A stretch of 64,000 bases of DNA from Patescibacteria group bacterium (GTDB lineage Bacteria > Patescibacteriota > CPR2 > UBA1875 > CAIMLA01), in contig JBGSPL010000001.1 in the NCBI GenBank assembly GCA_041738615.1, positions 92,071 through 156,070 on the forward strand. Reading direction: 5' to 3'. Both the position numbers and the translations under genes were made by a program. The notes below the pieces were generated by a model that was given only the letters and a program-made list of their open reading frames with translations, had not been told where the DNA came from and made no database searches. Positions 63,924-64,000 of this stretch are shown piece by piece (the stretch's first letter is position 1; each line of letters begins with the position of its first letter).

Positions 63924-64000
63924 AGTAGCTCCTGTATTTTCTCTAGTGAATCAATTTTACATATACTATCATCGGCTACTTTGTGTTCACGGTCAATAAG

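Noticed and set aside
1-64000. CRISPR arrays, rRNA genes, integrases/transposases, restriction-modification genes
   Set aside because: No regularly spaced direct-repeat array, no 16S/23S/5S-like sequence, and no recombinase or methyltransferase motifs were found on either strand. The repeat families seen are irregular REP-like hairpins.

Overview
This window reads as a compact, low-GC (about 45%), Gram-positive-like bacterial chromosome, most consistent with a Patescibacteria/CPR lineage such as Saccharibacteria. That assignment is an inference from gene content and organisation only. The genetic code is standard: RF2 is present and UGA is used as a stop.

Coding density is high and most genes lie on the minus strand. 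The content is dominated by cell-envelope and housekeeping genes:
- A division/cell-wall fragment: ftsI' (C-terminal part only), mraY, ftsW, murG, ftsQ.
- Replication, segregation and translation genes: rarA, topA, dprA, pth, der, two DD-carboxypeptidases, rluB, scpB, a ligT-like 2H phosphoesterase, scpA, an archaeal-type aspS, gltX, prfB, rpmA, rplI.
- Envelope and division genes: murC, murA, mreB, a pcsB-like CHAP hydrolase with ftsX and ftsE, ctpA, a sortase and a candidate substrate.
- Other: a response-regulator/histidine-kinase pair, trxB, pyrH, nfo, nnrD.
- Three tRNAs: Glu-CUC, Gln-CUG, Leu-CAA.

Regions that stand out:
1. An accessory segment of about 5.6 kb (4.5-10.3 kb) sits directly after ftsQ and is bounded by two pairs of direct repeats. 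It carries an 1191-aa membrane-anchored coupling-protein-like DNA translocase (TraG/VirD4/TraD family, FtsK/HerA superfamily) with a long low-complexity tail. It is translationally abutted to a protein that combines a sigma-70 region-4 helix-turn-helix with a C-terminal HARE-HTH domain.
2. Four GC-rich patches (11.0-13.25 kb, 16.65-17.26 kb, 40.9-41.4 kb, 62.05-63.06 kb) contrast with the roughly 45% GC background. They encode small orphan proteins, a SigH-like sigma factor and a Lys-rich lipoprotein.
3. A dispersed family of short hairpin repeats sharing a CGTCATYSC lead occurs in at least six intergenic spots.
4. Short genes missed by the ORF track: a 40-aa desulforedoxin-like gene, a DUF5679-type zinc-ribbon gene with an apparent 1-nt frameshift, and a 32-aa basic peptide coupled to a secreted Cys-rich peptide.
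5. A roughly 240-nt promoter-to-terminator unit between dprA and pth has no ORF and is a candidate ncRNA.

No CRISPR array, rRNA, integrase or transposase was found.
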